A DNA stretch of 48,478 nucleotides, taken from NCBI GenBank assembly GCA_051942245.1, contig JAVECL010000123.1, positions 1 through 48,478 on the forward strand, in the 5' to 3' direction. The position numbers and the translations under genes are program-made. This DNA is from Trypethelium eluteriae. Lineage: Eukaryota. This document shows, piece after piece, positions 38,148 to 48,478 of this stretch. The notes under the pieces are model-generated. The model ran no database searches. It was not told the origin of the DNA and saw nothing but the letters and a program-made list of their open reading frames with translations. The first letter of the stretch is position 1. Each line of letters begins with the position of its first letter.

Positions 38148-38582
38148 ATTGCCAACTATGTGGCTCTTGTGAGCGTTGATGGTCATTCCAGTAGTCGTTG
38201 GCGGGCAACTTGGCTACCTAATGGTTGGCGACACTCTCAAACCAGGCCAAGGCGCATTGCCAAGAAAATCAGCGGTGAGAACGAGAGGGAGTGTTTGGGA
38301 AGCTCGGAGACTTGGGAAGGCGCATCAAAGGCTTTCCTTCGGACAAAGTCAAGGTACAACTAGCTATGCGTTGATGGAGCAATGCGGTCGGTTGTCGTTC
38401 CGGATCGTCAGCAGTGGTCGTACGGATGACGGAGAAGCTTCAAGGTGACAACCTTAAACCTCCGCCCTCCTCCGCAACTTCCTCGCCCCCAACCTATTTC
38501 TGACCGACACGCCTGTCGCGACCGGACGCCAGCCTCCTTTTATAACAGCGCGCGCCGCCGCACCTGACTCTCAGCTGGGCCT

Positions 38583-40479
38583 ATGCGAGTTGCGAGTTGC
38601 CAGCCATGGCAAATACGATGGAAGGAAGTCCCTCGGATCTCCTTCTGCACACGTCGTCAAAGTCTGACTACAGACACTACAAACTCGCTCACTCAGCGGT
38701 TGCAGCTGCTCGAAAAAAGCGAAGCAGGAAAACGTCGGAGAGACAAAAGATTTTCAGTCGCGAGTCCAGCGCTCTGCGGTATGTTGCCCGGGCGAAGTTG
38801 TAGTTGCGGGTTAGGAGGCTAATCGAGCTTTCCCAGATGACATACTCAACTATATTGGTCCCTCTCTTGATAGACATAGGCATTGTGATATAATCGATGT
38901 CAATCCAGGACCATGTCTGTGGTCCAGCAAACTTCATGAATACCTCAAACCTCGAACGCATCTTTTGCTCGAGCCTGACAACAGATATTTCGAACCCTTT
39001 GTCAAGCCCCTTTTGGAGATTCCCGGCTCAACATATCGTCATTCATTCTTAGATCCAAACGATTGGCAGAGCTATCAGCGAATATTTGATCTCGGATTGA
39101 TCAAGCCAGAGAAAGCTCCTGTAGGCCCAAACCAGCTTGATCAGCCCAATGACTCGCTTCTGCTGGTCGGCAATTTCGCAGAGGTTCTAGCGAAACCATT
39201 GTTTGGCTTCGAATCGACCGCACACATGGCAGTGCACCACTTTGTCATGGCTGCAGCCCGGTCACATTCACATATACATGCCAACGGTCTGGTTAGAATT
39301 TTGCTATGGATTTTGGATGAAGATAAGAAAAATATAGTGCCACAAGACGTGAGTGAACGTGGAATACTTGCCTATCAAATGGATAAAAGCGGCTCTACGA
39401 CAGTCGTTGCAAGCTCCGGAAAGCCATCTTCGGACATCGGTTTCAATGATACCGAGATGAGACATGCCCAACGAGTTGCAAAAACTATGAATCGCAATGG
39501 CATGAAGCCTCCTCAGAACCGAGAAACTCTTGAATATCAAAAAGCGTGCGATTATCTAGCACACGCAGGCAAAGTCGAAAAAGCGCCTGGTAATCAAGCC
39601 ACCAAGGAAAATAATCTATCGTTGAGATGGGAAGGGGACAAGGAACTTAGTCGGTTAGAAAAGGCTTTCTCTGCTGACGATATTGAGAAGGACAAAAAAT
39701 CTGTTCGTGAAAAGCATCCGGACGAAAGGCCTTCCAGCTCCAGGTTACGCTTCATGTCAAATGACCCTCGTCTGGAGAGACTATACCGGTTGCGACACCA
39801 TAGCTCAATAATAAAGGAGTCGTACCAAAAACTCAACGGTCTGGTGATTTTGGATGAGGAGCTCCTGCAGCTAGAGCTCGCTATTGCATCTGGAGATTTA
39901 TCAGACAATGATAAGGAAAAGTTGACGAAGGAAATGCAAACCAAACTTGCTGAGCTGAAAACCAAACAATCACGTCTTGGCAAAACGGAACAAAGTCGAT
40001 TGGCCCACCTAGGTGACAATCAACGTGCACGAAATCGAGAACAATCGTTACTTCAATGGGACCGGCGAGCATTTGAACCGCTAACAACAGGGAAGCATGA
40101 GTCCTTTCCTTCGGAACACCTGGCTTTGCTCGACTTGCAACCCAAGCCACATTTTACCTTTTCGACCGACAATCAATCAGACGATAAGGAATGGGAGCCG
40201 TGGTTTATCACTAAATTATTTATGAACCCTAATCTGCCCCTACCCAAGTGTCTTGAGACTTGTGCTCCCGGCGCAGCAGCCGCTCTGATCCCACAAGCTC
40301 CTTCGGTCACGGACCCAGCGAAAGGAGGCCGCTTAGATGTTAGCTTGCTACACGTCCGGCTGCTTACGCTGGAAATGGTCGACGAGCTGCTAAAGGCGTG
40401 GATTGACTGGCCTTTCCGACCATCTTTGGACCAATCAACTCCGATCCGATTACGGCAAGACCGCAGGCGCCGTAAATAA
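38583..40479 (+). CDS. MTF1: Mitochondrial transcription factor Mtf1-like (rRNA adenine dimethylase fold)
   Basis: Arg-rich N-terminus. VASPALC|DDILNYIGPSL..HCDIIDVNPGPCLWSSKLHEYLKPRTHLLLEPD, GLVRILLW, AWIDWPFRP. Intron 38779-38836. Confidence 0.75.
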
Positions 40480-41068
40480 CTATCTAAGTATCGTACATCT
40501 TGTTCATGGAATTTCTTCCTGGTGAGCGCGAAACTTTTTGTGTGGAGACCGGCATCGATATACCCAGGTACAAAACGGTTCGGTGGTGACTTAGCTTGGC
40601 TCATAGGCTGGTCCATTATGTAGCAGCTAGCTACTAGTGACCTCATCTATACAGTTCAGCATGTAAAATCCAATAATCCATTTGTGTGGTTATTTAGATT
40701 TTGCATTGAGATGAGGCGCCTTCTTCAGGAGCGTTTCCTTATTAAGTGCATGCTAGCCTTGGCTAAGAGAGGTGGAATATGGGCTGCAACCGCAAGCAAT
40801 TAATGAAAAGAGATTGCAAGCTTCCCGAGGGGACTTTTTTCTTGCACAATTCCAAATTCTTTCGTCCTGTAAACAAAAGCCATTCCCACGTTCTACTGAG
40901 TGAGATCCTAGCACTCCAAACGACGACTTTTAGGGTATGCTACTCGAATCGACTGAAATACGGCTTCTAGTGTTCCCAATAATCGTTGCGCCTGACCGTG
41001 GCGCAAGGGCACACTCGCTCCATGCACAACAGACGTATACAGAAATTGGATAGCACCAGCCTACACTC

Positions 41069-41664
41069 TCACTTTTCTCCCATTTTTCCCTTCCCACTCT
41101 TCTGAGCAGCTTTACGAACACCCTTTGCCTGTCCTTGTGCTTCTGCTTCTTGCCCAAATCCACTGATGAGGTCGAGCAAGCTTTCATCACGATCTGCGAC
41201 TTTTTCTTCTCCTTCGCGAACCTATGCACCAATCGACGTTAGCCAAAAACCCTATCTTCCAGATGATCACTTCGCAATGCATGGAGAAGCCTTATTCGAC
41301 TAACATCTTCATTCTCTGCGACTGCCTCGGCATCCCACCCTCTTCCAAATCGCTCCCTGAATGCTCGTAACCGTCCTGCCTCGTCCTCCTCAACATTCAA
41401 TAATTTCTGGGAACTCGGATGCCACAATGCCGAGTTTCTAATGTCCTTTGCGCTTTTGCAGACCGAGATTGGAGATGTAGTGCGGTGGATGAAGGTCGAG
41501 CCATCAGAGAGGGTTACCAATTGCGTGAAGGTGTAAGGCCGCTTCGGGCGTTTGAGGAGAGTTGCATGGCGGACTTGAGTATGGTGGACGAGTTTGCAGG
41601 ACCGTGAGACAGAGATGGGACGCTTGAGAGGCGATGAGGTCGCCGAAGGGATGTGTCTACTCAT
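41069..41664 (-). CDS. MRPL36: Mitochondrial ribosomal protein bL31m (MRPL36)
   Basis: QVRHATLLKRPKRPYTFTQLVTLSDGSTFIHRTTSP...DIRNSALW...DEAGRLRAFRERFGRGWD. Intron 41222-41304. The last exon contains ESLLDLISGFG. Confidence 0.85.
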
Positions 41665-41849
41665 TATCGCATGCGATTCTTGGATTTAGATGCAAGGTGC
41701 ACTGCGGTAGTGAGAAGTGCCTACTTTGCGGAGACTTTCCGTACTCCGTAATGACTCTCTCGGTTGGCCACGCCGCTTCGGAGAGCCTCTCACAAGCTCA
41801 TTACCTATGTTAGTCGTACGAGGATCTCTCTCTGCCATTGCCGGTGTCA

Positions 41850-43764
41850 ATGCAGCTCGCCAAAGCTCGACTATTGACCTCCCACGTCGGGCGAAGATTT
41901 TACAGTGCCTTCTATCAATGGACTTTCTTAAGTAATCGCGACTACGTACACTCTGTCTCATACATGCTAATAAAACACAGCTTCGAATCTTCATCCGCAC
42001 AGTGGACTGGTCGAGGTAATTCCAAGAAGTCATCTATACAATAGATGTCCTTATTCGCAAGGTCTACGCCAACCTCCGGCCAGTAGTCGAGATACCAGAC
42101 GTCCTTATGCAGAAGAGGCTATACAAAACAACCGAAAAAGCGAATCGATACCAGCGGAAAACATCGATGCTCATGTCCCATCACAGCATTCTCTGTTACC
42201 GCCTGAAGTATCTGCAGAATTCCCCTCCACACACTTTGACAACCAAGCAAGCTATAGGAATTTCCGGCGACTTTATCACCTCGGCAGCTTCCCTTTACTT
42301 CAACCAATTCCCCCAGAAGATGCACATTCAAAAGGAAAAAATGGAAAGCAACATTGCCTTGTTCAGGTCGACCCGGATTTTGTACATTATTGGACTGGAG
42401 TTGGAGCTGAACGTTTGAAGGAAATTGAGAAACAGGTGCAATCTCAAGCGAAACTCGTTTCCGGTCCTTATCATAAAGAGGCCTTTGTCACTTTCACTGG
42501 CGAGCCCGGTGCGAATGACGCTGCTGAAAAAATCCTCACTAAGGAATATTTGAAGGCGCCGATTTCAACTTATCACAAGTCAATAGCCTGGGATGAGTCC
42601 ACCGAACTGAAATTACAGATACCCATCGCAGCATTTAGTCCCGCTATTCATCGATTCGCGCGCGTTTTAAGCAAGTTCCGAAGGGAAGATTCATGTTCAG
42701 TAACAACAGATGTGGACTCAATATATGGTGAAAACTATATGCTCGAAATCACAGGTCCCCGAAACGCGGCGGAATTCGTGTCTAGGTGCTTCATAAATCA
42801 AGTGCAAATGTTTTCTGAGAAAGAAAGACATCGGCAAGAGAGCCGGCAGCGCCATCAGTTCGAAAACTCCTTCGAAAAGGAGGCACAGGATGAGACAGAG
42901 GTAAGCACACACGGGAAAACTACCTCCCCTGTGTCGGATCAGATGCGCCAGATGATGCGGCTTATGGCGCACCCTGTCATCATGATTACTGCGACAAAAA
43001 AAGGAATCCAGCCCTCTGAAGTCCCTGTCATTACAGGCTTCGAAACTATTGACCCAAGATTTTTCTGCGCAATGACCGTGTCATCCATGACCACCGTGTC
43101 GCTGTCACCGGATCCCATCGTATCCTTCAACATCAAAACGCCCTCGCGCACGCTCGATGCCATCATGTTTCATGAAACCTTCAACATTACTTTGCTCTCT
43201 TCCAATACGTACGGGGCGCGGATTGCCGATGCATTCGCTCGCGGAGACGCCGAGAATGGCTTCAGACAGGTCCAGGGCGTTGGCGCAAAAATCTCATTTC
43301 AGCCACGGTCGTTTCCAAGGGCTCCTACCGTTACGTCGCGAGGAGTGTTGGCTCACTGCTCATGTAGAGTGCTTCCGTCGAAGTGTGTCGAAGTGGAGGA
43401 CCATGTTATCATCGTCGCAAAAGTCAGACGCATAAAATTGCTCCCGGAAGCGAAATTTGAACATGGCTTGTCGTATGCGAATGGACTGTTTCGCCAACTT
43501 GGTGAAGCACATTCACCTTTGATTCTTGAGCAGGTCAATTTTAAGAAGGCAAATAAAAGGAAGGGAAGAGAGGCGTCTTCACGAGCGCAGGAGCGATCGA
43601 ACGCAGCAGAAGAAGATGAGTTTCAGAGCGACACACCGCGTGAAGCGCGCTATCATTTCCCTGACGTTCATGAGCCCATCCAGAATTCTCAACCCGCGCA
43701 CGTAGCTGAGTCGGACGAAAGTCCTTCACAGAGACAGCGGTCATGGCCTGTGAGAAGCTCATGA
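41850..43764 (+). CDS. Flavin-reductase-like domain protein, probably mitochondrial, with N-terminal KH-like repeats
   Basis: MQLAKARLLTSHVGRRFYSAFYQW looks like a presequence. Intron 41932-41980, with the frame open from 41981. The C-terminal MRQMMRLMAHPVIMIT...AMTVSSMTTVSLSPDPIVSFNIKTPSRTL...VEDHVIIVAKV is a flavin reductase (split-barrel) signature. Confidence 0.8.
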
Positions 43765-44121
43765 TTGAAACGTGTGTATTTCGATTCTCTGTAATTTGTA
43801 TTCATAAGTGGTCATCAACTGCGGCAAGTGCCGTAAGCACCACCATAGCGAAGCAGCGGAAACCGAATGACTGGTAGTGAGATGAAGCCATCGGAGGATT
43901 AATCCAATGAGTCGCCGGTTTTCATTTAAACATCTGAAGTTGATGAGGTTCTGTAAAGTCTGGGAACCTCTGATTTCGCATCCACAAAGTCATGGAGTCA
44001 TATTCTTGAGGATGATATCTTACCCTCAATGCATGCGCTTAAGAGCATTCATCATCGCCTTGCCTTCCCGTACGCATCATCTCTATACAAACTTCAGACC
44101 TGCATTTTCAGGTCAACTCTT

Positions 44122-44823
44122 TCAAGCTTGCTCCACACCCTCCATCGCACTTCCCTCTTCTGCCTCTCTTCCCTCCATTCTTACCACCACCTTTTCTAAC
44201 AACCTCCTCGCCTCCTCCATCAACTCCCCCTCCTTTCCCCTCTCCACTCCCTCACCCCGACTATTCAACCACCCGACATCCAGATTCCCTAACCCTCCAT
44301 TCGTGACCGGCGCCTCTCGCCCCACGTCCTGCGCCGGCTGCCCCACAATCCCCGCACTCACCCTTGCCGTCTGTTTCCCATCATCCTGCATTCCCGCCGC
44401 CTGCGCCGCTCCACCTGCGCCGGCGATGGCTGAAGCCGACGATGAAGCTGCTTCCGAGTATCTGTCCGCGCTCTCGGAGATCAGCCCGGCCTCCTCAAGC
44501 GCGTAGACTTGGCGTCGCAACCGCGCGGAGACGGATTGCAGGAGGGTATAGTATGATGCCGAGGCGTCGCGAAAGGCTTCTTTATGTGCGGATAGGGAGG
44601 GACTGTCGGAGGGCGAAGGGGCGCCGGGAGGTTCGTCGAAGGCGTCGAGGATGTGTTTTGGCAGGTCCTGGTCTGCGTCCGAGGGGTCGGGTAGTGGACG
44701 GTTGGTGAGGGCGGAGACGGCGAGGCCGGCGGATTGGAGAAGGCGAGGGATATCGCTCGAGATAGAGGAGAGATCGCGAATCCGGTCGAAGGGGGTGAAT
44801 TCGGGGGACGTGGGATTGGTCAT
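44122..44823 (-). CDS. MED11: Mediator subunit Med11
   Basis: FTPFDRIRDLSSISSDIPRLLQSAGLAVSALT...YYTLLQSVSARLRRQVYALEEAGLI...NGGLGNLDVGWLNSR. First ATG at 44823. Confidence 0.8.
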   Translation of the reverse strand: MTNPTSPEFTPFDRIRDLSSISSDIPRLLQSAGLAVSALTNRPLPDPSDADQDLPKHILDAFDEPPGAPSPSDSPSLSAHKEAFRDASASYYTLLQSVSARLRRQVYALEEAGLISESADRYSEAASSSASAIAGAGGAAQAAGMQDDGKQTARVSAGIVGQPAQDVGREAPVTNGGLGNLDVGWLNSRGEGVERGKEGELMEEARRLLEKVVVRMEGREAEEGSAMEGVEQA

Positions 44824-45177
44824 TGTGTATGTGATGTTGGGGTCGCGTGGTGAGGACAATAGGAGCCTATTGTCGGAAGAAATAGAGGTGGCTGAGAAGT
44901 GGGTAGACCCACGGGGCTATTAGAATTCAAACTCGAAGGTCTTTCTTCCATACCACTCGCTGCACCGCTTATTTAAGAGTTCGACCTGGAAATCTGAAAG
45001 CCAAAGTCAGCCTGCAAGTTCCCACATGCCAGTGGCGGGAGTGAGGCTCTGCGGACACATCCGCCACCAAATCGCGCGCTACTCCACTGCAGTCTCACTT
45101 GTGGCAGACAAGACGTTCTTGTGTACCCCCATATAACACATCCATCAATTTTCATCGCCCTCCCAAGGCGGCCCATC

Positions 45178-48100
45178 ATGTCTGGCCCGGCGCCACCCCC
45201 GGGCGGGCCGCTCTCGAGAAGTAACAGCCTGGGTGGTCCCCAAAATGCAGGTCTTGCTGGTACGCCGACGATTCCACCACAAGGAAGCCAAGGCCCAGGG
45301 CCTCCAGCCGGGCCTGGCAGCCAGCAAAACTTGAATCAAATAGTAAGTGGAATCTGCTGCCTGTTTGTCATCAGTCGTTTCTCCCTGTTAGGAGCTGCAC
45401 CTTCTTGCACTACTTTTCTATCATCCTACATTACATTGGTCGTTCGAAAGAATTTTCCGGCGCCGGACTTCAGGATGAGCTTGCCGCAATTGGTCTTGGA
45501 AATTTTCTTGCCCTCGTTGTTGGCTTCTTGAATTTCCCTTTCCGAACGTCGCAGCTTTCCGTAACGATGCACGTTGAGATCAGGAAGTAGCAGCCCATCT
45601 GCTGGAGAATCCAACGGAATTCCTAGAAGTCGACCAGTTCGAATCAGCTTTATCAGCACCGTCTCGAGGATACCACCAAGCAGAGTTATTCATTCTGATT
45701 CGGTGCTCCCTTCACTCAAGGTATCGAATAGATTGGCAGCAAGAGTCCTCATTCCAGTATACGACCCAACATCCTGAGTCTTAATAATGGCAAATCGACC
45801 AAGGCCATCGAGGGCAACAACCCAAAATCTACCGGAATGGAGTTCAAGTTCGACACACCCAGAGCCAGTCACGTGTAGCGACAGCAATACCAGGATCGAT
45901 GAGCCCTCTGGAAATAGTTCTTCGAAGCGCCACTTCATTCATCAGCAATTACCATCTCCACGGGATCCTGGTTATGTCTGTCCTCACCAAACTTATCAAG
46001 ACAGATGGGAGAAGTATCATCAGCTCTTCGCCAGAAAGAAAGTCCCGGAATCGCGAAGTGGCAGCCAACATGGACAGATTAGCAGCACTAGAGGCGCACG
46101 TACAGCAGCCCATGGGCCCAAAGCACTCGAATCAGGCCAACGCCGTCTACCGGAAGTAAATTGGGTGGCATCGCAAGGTCGTGTCACGGCAGAACCTTTC
46201 AAACTGGTATGCCAAACGAGAAAACGGATTGGAAGGCCACGTCTTCTTTCCAGAGTAAAGCCCTTCAACTGATGTGCATTTCCGAACAAAGTCCGACATG
46301 GATGTGTTTCTTGGGCTCAGCCTGCCGATTCTTTCCTCGGGATTTCTTTGTAGATAGCCCTCTATGTTTCATCAAGTTCTCCGAACGAAAAACCTGTCCA
46401 TATCGCGCAACGCAATCGCACAACTCTGTCTCAATATGGGAGCTCGCTAACAATCCCTCTCATGGTGTAGGTGCTCGAGTACTTGAATAAGAAAGGCTAC
46501 GCTAAGACCGAGTCTATGCTTCGCCGCGAGTCAGCCCACCAAGATCCAGAGGGAAAGCCGGTTTTTCAAAAGCTGGAAGAAGAAGGGGGCAACAAGTATT
46601 TCAGATCCTTCAGTAAGTTGTCATTCTCTAGCAATAACCGCAATGTGCTAACTGTACCTATTAGATCTAATTAAGGGATGGGTACTCGACGACAACCTTG
46701 AGATATACAAGGGCGAATTATTACGACTTCTGTGGCCCACATTTGCTTACTGTCTCCTCGATCTCGTGGCCGACTACTACCCTAGAGACGCGGAAAAGTT
46801 CTTTGAGACTTATCATGAAATGTTTACACGAGAACACAGTGAAGACCTTCGCGCACTTTCGAGGATAACACTTCCGGAACATATCCAAGCAAGTGAGATC
46901 GCCAAACTTTATCGCAACAATAAATACAGACTATCCATAACCATGATGGCGTTTCACAGTCTCTTGCAGTTTCTAGAGAGCCATCTCGAAGAAGGCGGAA
47001 AGATCATCATGAACATCATGCAAAGTCACATGAACATCATGACTATAGACCGAGCTAAAGCGTCCAGTGAATACAGCATATCAGCCATGTTGCATCGAGG
47101 AAGTACTGAACAAGAAATGCCAGCTGAAGATGAGGGTATCCCAGGACATCACCCAGGTTCTGCGAATACTTCACTTAATGCTCCCGAGGTTTTGCCTAAG
47201 GTGCAGCTTGGCCCTGCTCAACGGGAAAGTGACCTGATGGAAGATGTTCGTGCGGACTTGGAAAAGGAGGATGCCAAAAATCCTCCGGTTGCTGGTCGTA
47301 ACACCCTAGTCGAGGAACTTGAGAAAACCATTAAGCGAGAGCCTGACGACGATACGCCGAACCGCGACGCAGTCCCGCTCCCTCCATCAACTCAGCGCGA
47401 CGTCATGATGGAAGTCCAGAAAATTAAAGAAAATCGAGACAGATTCCCAATTCCCGGGCGCACTGGTGGGGTCGGTCCTGGTGTCAGTGTTGTGATGCAT
47501 ACATTCCACAACACCTTTGACAGGTGCGCCTCTGCCTTTCACAACTTATGGTGAGCAGTATCGCTAATGTCTGGATAGTATCAACTGTATCGAATTCTCT
47601 GGCGATCTCAAGCTTGTCGCGGTCGGAACCTCCGAATCGTATATCCGCATCTGGTCCATTGACGGCTCGCCTCTTCCTTCCGCACCCACCTCTACCAACC
47701 CAAACCCACCTCCGTCCGCCTCAAAACGCCTCATCGGCCACTCTGCACCCGTCTATGCTCTTTCCTTTGCGCCCTCGACCTCTGAACCCGACCCCACTCC
47801 TTTAGACAGTCCCGCCAACGCCACATCTCCCCGAGTCCTCCTCTCCAGCTCCGCCGACAAATCCATCCGCCTCTGGTCCCTCGACACCTGGACCTGCCTC
47901 GTCGCCTACAAAGGCCACGACGCGCCGATCTGGGACCTCTCCTGGGGTCCTTTCGGCTACTACTTCGCGTCCGCCAGCCACGACCGCACCGCTCGCCTCT
48001 GGTCCTCCGACCACATCGCACCGCTCCGCATCTTCGCCGGCCACGACGGCGACGTCGACTGCCTCGCCTGGCACCCCAACGGCTCCTACCTCGTCACAGG

Positions 48101-48478
48101 CTCCAACGACAAGACCGTCCGCCTGTGGGACGTCGCCCGCGGCACGCCCGTCCGCCTCTTCACAGGCCACACTGCGTTCGTCACTGCCGTCGCAGTCGCG
48201 CCCTCGGGACGCCTGCTCGCGTCGGCCGATGAAGGCGGGGCTATCATACTATGGGATCTCTCGTCGGGACGACGCCTCAAGCGCCTGCGAGGCCATGCGA
48301 AGGGCGGCGTCTGGAGCCTCGCCTGGAGCGTCGAGAGCAGCGTGCTGGTGTCGGCGGGCGCGGACCACACCGTCCGCGTCTGGGATGTGCTGATGCAGAC
48401 GCCGGATTCGATTAGTGCGCAGCCGGGCAGCGGGGCAGCGGGGGGAAAGGCGAGTGCGGATGCGACGACGGCAGGGGC
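45178..48478 (+). CDS. TAF5: TFIID/SAGA subunit Taf5 (3' end runs off the window)
   Basis: QQNLNQI|VLEYLNKKGYAKTESMLRRE (LisH), NTD2 region LEIYKGELLRLLWP, WD40 repeats (GHSAPVY, GHDAPIWDLSW, GHDGDVDCLAWHPNG). Introns 45343-46470, 46613-46664 and 47524-47578. Confidence 0.95.
45343..46470 (+). other. Unusually long (1128 nt) first intron of TAF5
   Basis: GTAAGT donor at 45343, GCTAAC branch at about 46446 and TAG acceptor at 46470. It joins NLNQI to VLEYL in phase 0. Confidence 0.85.

Noticed and set aside
45343..46470. Intron-encoded C/D snoRNA or TPP riboswitch in the long TAF5 intron
   Set aside because: I found no RTGATGA box C and no TPP aptamer core by eye. An H/ACA RNA cannot be excluded without a covariance search.
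1..48478. CRISPR arrays, tRNAs, intact transposons and secondary-metabolite or defence clusters
   Set aside because: No spaced direct repeats, tRNA T-arm motifs, transposase/RT ORFs, AT-rich RIP-like blocks or biosynthetic backbone genes were seen.

Overview
Gene-dense eukaryotic DNA from a filamentous ascomycete (Pezizomycotina, probably Dothideomycetes; taxon inferred from protein style and short GT-AG introns with CTRAC branch sites). I read 18 protein-coding genes, mostly conserved housekeeping or mitotic genes: MAD1 (truncated at left), an orphan ORF, a PQ-loop protein, an ammonium transporter, NUP159, PUP1, GUP1, ARP4, an SGT1/ecdysoneless protein, a Pcp1-type spindle-pole-body protein, NUP37, APC1, AMSH, MTF1, bL31m, a flavin-reductase-domain protein, MED11 and TAF5 (truncated at right). 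No tRNA, rRNA, CRISPR or intact transposon was recognised. The most interesting signals are: (1) a 1.1-kb first intron in TAF5 containing a 140-codon ORF that could splice in frame to exon 2 as an alternative first exon; (2) about nine GC-rich islands that flip from C-rich to G-rich regardless of gene orientation; (3) a putative mitochondrial protein fusing two KH-like domains to a flavin-reductase domain; (4) an unexplained structured GC-rich element between PCP1 and NUP37. All gene models and family calls come from manual reading; no database searches were run.
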